From an uncultured bacterium (GTDB lineage: Bacteria > Verrucomicrobiota > Verrucomicrobiia > Verrucomicrobiales > DEV007), in the NCBI GenBank assembly GCA_963977015.1, contig CAXBMO010000006.1:256001-320000 (forward strand): a stretch of 64,000 nucleotides of DNA. Reading direction: 5' to 3'. Made by a program: the position numbers and the translations under genes. Numbering within the stretch: the stretch's first letter is position 1; every line of letters begins with the position of its first letter. Positions 58,625 to 64,000 of the stretch are shown piece after piece. The notes under the pieces are model-generated. The model saw only the letters and a program-made list of their open reading frames with translations, did no database searches and was not told the origin of the DNA.

Positions 58625-58716
58625 GCACGGATGGAACACGGATGAGACTGATTTCACGGATTTTCTCTGCCAATTGACAATCCGTGCCATCCCTCTAATC
58701 CGTGTTTCATCCGTGC
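58625..58716. repeat. CACGGAT-rich hairpin downstream of the GxxExxY gene
   Basis: GCACGGATGGAACACGGAT...ATCCGTGTTTCATCCGTGC; direct repeat of 59104-59177. Confidence 0.85.
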
Positions 58717-58726
58717 CTGAAAAAAA

Positions 58727-59089
58727 TCAAAGGACGACGCGTTTGAATTCCATTTGGGTTCCTCGAAAGTTCAGGATCAGCCCGACGTTCTTTTTCGCGA
58801 TCCGCAGGTAGTTGAGCATTTGTCCAATCTCATCGTCGCCAATCTTCGGGATCGATTTGCAGTCTACAACGACTTCATCATCCACAACAAAGTCCGGCTG
58901 ACAGTCGCCGACGACCTATTCGTGGTAAAAAATGGGATAGCGAGGCTGCTGAACGTAGTCGATCAATTGTTCTTCGAAGTCGATGGCGAGGGCATTTTCG
59001 TAGGGCTTTTCGCGAAGGCCCGGACCCAGTTCGGTGTGGACCCGCATGCCGCACCCAATGATTTGATAGGTCAGGTCTCCTTCTTTCAT
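58727..59089 (-). pseudogene. GxxExxY protein (PD-(D/E)XK-like) with in-frame TAG
   Basis: VHTELGPGLREKPYE...FYHE*VVGDCQPDFVVDDEVVVDCK...QMLNYL...GLILNF; TAG at 58916-58918. Confidence 0.88.
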
Positions 59090-59103
59090 GGGTGTGTTTT
59101 TTA

Positions 59104-59177
59104 GCACGGATGGAACACGGATGAGACGGATTTCACGGATTTTCTCAGCCAATTGACAATCCGTGTTTCATCCGTGC
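59104..59177. repeat. CACGGAT-rich hairpin upstream of the GxxExxY gene
   Basis: Near-identical to 58625-58716 but lacking an 18-nt internal segment. Confidence 0.85.
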
Positions 59178-59184
59178 CCCAAAC

Positions 59185-62121
59185 TCAGTCGTTCCGCCGA
59201 TTTTGGAACTGCCGACTCTCGACTATGGTGCGAACGGCTGCGGAGAACCTGTAGTCCGACTTGGGGAGATCAAGCTCCATTTTCTCCAGCAACGGCCGGT
59301 CGGTGATGATGACTTCGCGGCCGAGGGCGTAGCCGAGGAGCTTGGTGCAGAATTGCCGCAGAAAATCGGCTTGCTGCCCGGCGAGATGTCCCTTCAAGCC
59401 CTCGGGGCCGGCAAACGTCTCGCCATTGAGCAGCGTGGCCGTCGCGTCGATCGGCTTGCCTTCGGAATCTGCGTCTCGCCAGCGGCCAATGGCGTCGAAA
59501 TTCTGGAGCGCGAAGCCGGGGGGATCGATCCGGGAGTGGCAGCCGCTGCAACTGGACGACTCGCGATGTTTTTCCAAACGCTCACGAAGCGGGAGTTTTC
59601 CGACCAGACCGTCCTCTTCCAGTTCCGGCACATCGGCAGGAACCGGGGGCATTTCATAGCCGAGCACGGTGGATAGAATCCAATCGCCGCGCCGCACGGG
59701 GCTGGCGCGATCCGGAAAGGCGGTGCTGGCGAGGATCGCGCCCATGCCGAGAATGCCACCGCGAGGCTCGTCGACTGGCCAGCGGGTAAACGCGGCGGCG
59801 GTTCCCGGCTCGAAGCTCGCAACCTGGTAATGATCCGCGAGACGCTGATCCAGGTAGGTGTAGTCCGCGTGGAGGATGTCGGTCACCGGACGGTCGTTGG
59901 CGATGAGGTCAGCGAAGAATTGGGTGATCTCGCCCTGCATGGATTTGCGCAGGGCTTCGTCGAACTCCGGGAAGAGCTCCGGGTCGATATTGGTGTCATC
60001 GCGGAAATCGCGGAAACCGAGCCACTGACCGGCGAATTCCGTCGCCAGAGACCGCGATTTCGGGTCGGCGAGGAGGCGGGCGAGCTGCTGCCGAAGCGTT
60101 TCGGCTTCGAGAATCGAGCCGTCGGCCGCAGTCGAGCGAAGTTCCGCGTCCGGGGTCGTGGACCAGAGGAAATAGCTGAGCCGCGAGGCGAGGTTCCAGG
60201 CGTCGAGCCGGGTTTCGGGTTCGGAACTTTGGGGCGGCTCGGTTTTGAAGAGAAAGGGCGAGGAAACGAGGATGCGAACGACGACTTCGCGAGCCGCTTC
60301 CTCGCGGTTCTCGGTTTCAGCAAAGGCGGCTTGGTAGGCCTCGGCAAGGGCGCTGTTCTGCGCCTCGGAAAGCGGACGGCGGTAGGCGAGCGCGGCGAAA
60401 TCCGCGAGGTGGTTCACGAGAAACTCGTCCCATAGAGCCGCCCGCTCCGTCCCCAATCTTTTTCTGGAGAGGAGCCAAAAATGATGCAGGTCGATGAGGA
60501 TTTGTTCGGGACGATGGCGTTCGGCAGCGGGCACCCGCTCCGCGAGTTGTTGGTAAGTCAGGTAGTAAACGCCGACCGGGGCGCGGTTTTGCGTCAAGTG
60601 CAGGCCGGTTTCGTTGAGCCTTGATTCCCGGCTGCCGGGGAAAATGCGGCTCTTGGCCTTGACGGCGCGGAAAAAATCGGGGCCGACCTTGCTCCTGTCC
60701 GCGAACTTGAAGCGAAGCGTCGACATCAGAGGACGCAATTTCGGTTTCTGTCCTGCCATCACCGCAGTTTGGAAGGAGGCGAACTCCGAATCTGGATGAT
60801 CCGGCTCCAGCTTTGAGGAAGCCTTCAAAACCCGCACTTCAGCGGGCAGCCAAATCTCGATGGTGGACGGCGCCTGAACCGTGAACCCATCCTCTGGCGA
60901 TTTTCCGCCCGTCGCGTGAGTTCCCCGAAGTGCCAAAGTAGAGCGGAGCTGCTTCAATTCGGATTCGGCTGCCTTGATCTCGCCCTTTTCGCGCAACGCG
61001 ATTTGCTCCCCGACGTAATCAAAAAGCGGAACCTTCTTGTCTCGGCCGATCGTGACTTCGAGATTCGTCCATTGCACCAAATCGCCCTTGTTCCCATCGC
61101 CCATGTCGGTCACGCAAAGGTAGAAATTCCCGTCGCCGTTCTCGCGCGTGGCGCCACCGATGTATTGGGACTCCGACATCCATTCCTGCATCTCCACTGC
61201 GATGGCTGAGAGGCCTTCCTTCAACGCCGACTCGTTTCCGGGCGCCGGGAGCTCCTGCCACGGAATGCGAATGCGATTGAGAACTGGATTGCTGGTTTCC
61301 TTGTTCAGGAAATTCCACCAGTTCTGGAGAAACACCGGGTCGAGATCGCCCTGCTTTCCCAGCTCAGCCAATTCTCCCTGCCCATGCCGGTGGCGCCAGC
61401 AGGCTCGCAGATAGTCCTCCACCCGCAGCTCCTCAAACGCGTCCGGAAGCATCTCGCCCAAGCGATCGAAATACCAGCCGCGAAGCCGCAGGTTCAACTC
61501 CGGCGCGATCGTCGCAGAACCACGCAAGCCGACCGGTTCCGACCGAAATTCGAGCCCCGCGCCGGGCAAAATCGAAGCACGGCTCGCGACTTCCCGCGCC
61601 GCGTCGAGATACTTCTGCATCTGCTCCGGGCTGACGAACAACACATCACCCGTGTTGGTGAACCCCTCGCCGCCGCCGGCATCCCGGGCGAACTTCCGCG
61701 AAAGCTGCAGATCGAGCCCGGTCAGATCGCGAATCGTGTTGTCGTATTCGGTGTTCGTCAGGCGCCGCATCGTGACGTGTCCCGGATCGCCCGCGCCCTT
61801 CCGCGCCACACGGTCCAACGCGCCGTCGATCCAACCCAGCAAAATCTCGCGCTCCGCGTCGGTCGGCTGCGTTTTCTTATCAGCCGGCGGCATTTCCCGG
61901 TTTTCGACGAGACGGGCGACTTTTTCCCACAGATGATGCGACGCCATCGCCTCGGCTTCGTCCGTAAAGGAGAAAAGATCGACCTCGCCCTCCTGCACCG
62001 AGTCGTCATGGCATTCCCAGCAAACCCGTTCCAGGACGGGCTCGGCCTGCTCCCAGGTCGGCTGAGAGAAGGCGGTAGCTGCCAGAAAGAGGCTGGTGAT
62101 CAGGAGCAGGCGGAGAATCAT
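59185..62121 (-). CDS. DUF1592-family protein with planctomycete cytochrome c domain
   Basis: CWECH, MPP, RRLTNTEYDNTIRDLTG, LASRLSYFLWSTTPD, SPVRRGDW, CSGCH, FDAIGRWR, YALGR. Confidence 0.92.
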   Translation of the reverse strand: MILRLLLITSLFLAATAFSQPTWEQAEPVLERVCWECHDDSVQEGEVDLFSFTDEAEAMASHHLWEKVARLVENREMPPADKKTQPTDAEREILLGWIDGALDRVARKGAGDPGHVTMRRLTNTEYDNTIRDLTGLDLQLSRKFARDAGGGEGFTNTGDVLFVSPEQMQKYLDAAREVASRASILPGAGLEFRSEPVGLRGSATIAPELNLRLRGWYFDRLGEMLPDAFEELRVEDYLRACWRHRHGQGELAELGKQGDLDPVFLQNWWNFLNKETSNPVLNRIRIPWQELPAPGNESALKEGLSAIAVEMQEWMSESQYIGGATRENGDGNFYLCVTDMGDGNKGDLVQWTNLEVTIGRDKKVPLFDYVGEQIALREKGEIKAAESELKQLRSTLALRGTHATGGKSPEDGFTVQAPSTIEIWLPAEVRVLKASSKLEPDHPDSEFASFQTAVMAGQKPKLRPLMSTLRFKFADRSKVGPDFFRAVKAKSRIFPGSRESRLNETGLHLTQNRAPVGVYYLTYQQLAERVPAAERHRPEQILIDLHHFWLLSRKRLGTERAALWDEFLVNHLADFAALAYRRPLSEAQNSALAEAYQAAFAETENREEAAREVVVRILVSSPFLFKTEPPQSSEPETRLDAWNLASRLSYFLWSTTPDAELRSTAADGSILEAETLRQQLARLLADPKSRSLATEFAGQWLGFRDFRDDTNIDPELFPEFDEALRKSMQGEITQFFADLIANDRPVTDILHADYTYLDQRLADHYQVASFEPGTAAAFTRWPVDEPRGGILGMGAILASTAFPDRASPVRRGDWILSTVLGYEMPPVPADVPELEEDGLVGKLPLRERLEKHRESSSCSGCHSRIDPPGFALQNFDAIGRWRDADSEGKPIDATATLLNGETFAGPEGLKGHLAGQQADFLRQFCTKLLGYALGREVIITDRPLLEKMELDLPKSDYRFSAAVRTIVESRQFQNRRND

Positions 62122-62380
62122 CGATTGGAATTGGGACGTTAGAAGAATGCCGCACAAGCTTTACCTCAAAATTACTTTGGAGAGCCAGAATCAGGCAAAG
62201 CGCGATATCAAAACGCCGAAACCTACCCTGCGACTTGCCCGGGAAGTTGCTTCCCACAGTCAGAAGCCCGACTCAGCGAACGGGGAAATCGCGGAAACCC
62301 AGGGGCTCTGAAATACCAGATTGTCATCCTGCTGAAACGGGATTGAAATCTTTCCGAAACGCAGGAAGCTCGAAAACATC

Positions 62381-62836
62381 ATGCGCAACATCTTGATTCT
62401 GCTGAGTTTGTTGGTTGGTCCGGTCGCAGTTGCCACGCTCTGGAAGAGTCTGACCGGAGCCGAATTGCTGGCGCTCGAGGATTAGGGTCGGCTTGGGCTG
62501 GTCTTGCTGTTCTGCTTCACGGGCATCGGTCATTTCATCCAGACTGGCCCGATGTCGCAGATGCTGCCGCCCTTCGTTCCGGCGCGGGTCGCGATCGTTT
62601 ACGTGACCGGCGTGCTCGAGATTCTCGGAGGCATCGGTCTGCTCGTTCCGATGACGAGCCGCGCCGCGGGAATCTGTCTCCTCGTCTTTTTGATCCTGAT
62701 TCTGCCTGTGAACATTTACAGCGCGATTCAGCGGGTCCCGATGGGAGGGCACGCCAGCGGTCCGGCATACCTTTTGGCACGCGTTCCGTTGCAATTGATC
62801 TTCATTGGATGGACCTGGTGGTTCGGCGTCCGCTGA
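62381..62836 (+). pseudogene. DoxX-like membrane protein with in-frame TAG
   Basis: MRNILILL...ALED*GRLGLVLLFCFTGIGHF...MLPPFVP...TGVLEILGGIGLL...RVPLQ; TAG at 62483-62485. Confidence 0.75.
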
Positions 62837-62840
62837 ATTT

Positions 62841-62899
62841 TGGGAGCGTTTGAAAATGATGACGGACGCGCAAGTTGTTCCACTTTTTCAAACGACCCA
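62841..62899. repeat. Short inverted repeat (terminator or IS-end-like scar)
   Basis: TGGGAGCGTTTGAAAA ... TTTTCAAACGACCCA. Confidence 0.45.
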
Positions 62900-62971
62900 T
62901 CATCGGGATTTGAAGCAGGGAAAATTCAACTTATGCCTCGAACTAACCGCAAACGCCTGAAAGGTAGGGTC

Positions 62972-64000
62972 ATGAAGAGAAGGTTCGAATGCACGATGAT
63001 CATCGCCGGGTTGATGCTTGTGAGCGGGTGTGAAATTGAGCAGGAGATCAACGACCGGAGCGAAGAAAAGCCAAAGCCTGAGTTCCATGTCAGGGAAGAC
63101 GGAGTGGCCGGATTGACCCGGGAACAAACGCTTCCGGATCGCAATCTCAGGGGATTCGGCAAGGTGTCCGGTGTTCTTTGGAATTCTCCGGAGGGCTCGA
63201 TCCTGCAGATCAACTGTGAGGAGACGCAGGATGCTCTTTTGACTCATGCCAAATATTTGTCGGACCTGCGGACGACGTCCTACGAATTGGAAAAAGTCAC
63301 GATCCCGGACACGAATCTGTCAGCGTGGCAGGTGGAGGGGCAGGGTGTCGTTTCGGCGCTTTGCGAAGGAACCCGGGTTTTCATCATCGCTTCGTCGGAA
63401 ATCGAGGGACTGGTGAAACTGATTCGCGATGGATTTTCCGGTGAAGTTGCGAAAGCCGAGTCCGAACCAAAGGCGGAGGTCCCGATGTGGCTGGACCGCT
63501 GGGATCAATACGGGTTCCGTTTTTACTACCGGCCCTGGGAGCGGCCAAAATCAGGAGCATTTCAGGCCGAGAATTACGATGTCAGTCAGGAATTTGAGTT
63601 TGCGGAGCAATCGGATCGCAGTGGGTTTGTCTTTTGGGCGACCACCAACCAGGTGGATACCGCGGAGGGCATGACCAACTACGGGTACTGGAATTTTGCC
63701 GCCAAAGCGGCTGCCGCGAAAAAGCTGCCCGTGGGACTGAACATCATGACCGGTGGCCCGGGCATGAGCTGGTTTCACAACCGCTATCGAGACCAGGGCA
63801 GCATGAAAATGCCGCAGTACTGCGGGACCTATCATGAGGTGGCCAACGATTACTTTGGAGGAAGTGGGTTCGTTTCGTGGAATGCGACCACGGCGAAGGA
63901 TGCCAACCTGGGAATCATTCAGGACTTTATCAATGAGTCCGCCGCGCACGGAAATTTGACCACGATCCTCGAGCCGCACGGGGAATTAAAGCACGGGGAT
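62972..64000 (+). CDS. Large lipoprotein, partial, possibly a glycoside hydrolase
   Basis: Open frame missing from the ORF track: MKRRFECTMIIAGLMLVSGC (lipobox) ...VPMWLDRWDQYGFRFYY...ILEPHGELKHGD to the window end. Confidence 0.75.
   Translation, partial: MKRRFECTMIIAGLMLVSGCEIEQEINDRSEEKPKPEFHVREDGVAGLTREQTLPDRNLRGFGKVSGVLWNSPEGSILQINCEETQDALLTHAKYLSDLRTTSYELEKVTIPDTNLSAWQVEGQGVVSALCEGTRVFIIASSEIEGLVKLIRDGFSGEVAKAESEPKAEVPMWLDRWDQYGFRFYYRPWERPKSGAFQAENYDVSQEFEFAEQSDRSGFVFWATTNQVDTAEGMTNYGYWNFAAKAAAAKKLPVGLNIMTGGPGMSWFHNRYRDQGSMKMPQYCGTYHEVANDYFGGSGFVSWNATTAKDANLGIIQDFINESAAHGNLTTILEPHGELKHGD

Noticed and set aside
58625-59177. CRISPR array
   Set aside because: Repeats are hairpins flanking one ORF, without regular unique spacers or cas genes
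58916-62485. Amber recoding suggested by two in-frame TAG codons
   Set aside because: Many intact genes here end in TAG (8277, 12977, 24469, 41654, 45018, 48094), so TAG is a normal stop

Overview
GC-rich bacterial DNA, most likely from the PVC superphylum (inferred from gene content: DUF1592/DUF1552, DUF1501, DUF1549/DUF1553, planctomycete cytochrome c domains, DUF6288). Domain names are assigned by motif recognition, not by database search. Main blocks: (i) a DUF1592-DUF1552 operon divergent from a discoidin-type sensor kinase and NarL-type regulator; (ii) an AT-richer, decayed integron-type cassette cluster (about 13.0-16.7 kb) with attC sites, a group IIC-attC intron remnant and REP/MITE-like elements but no integrase; (iii) a carbohydrate-utilisation region (XylR, clan GH-A hydrolases, GH16, BNR propellers, esterases) carrying two paralogous ExbB-ExbD modules, each followed by a protein with a TonB/TolA-type S-x3-H anchor, a long coiled coil and a PA14-like C-terminal domain instead of TonB_C, with no TonB-dependent receptor in the window (best candidate for an undescribed system); (iv) a RAYT flanked by REP doublets and a TIR-membrane fusion gene; (v) a long minus-strand DUF1592-DUF1552-WD40-DUF1501-PPC-DUF1549 cluster interrupted by two small genes (GxxExxY and four-helix bundle) bracketed by complementary repeats. 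Several genes carry single frameshifts or in-frame stops.
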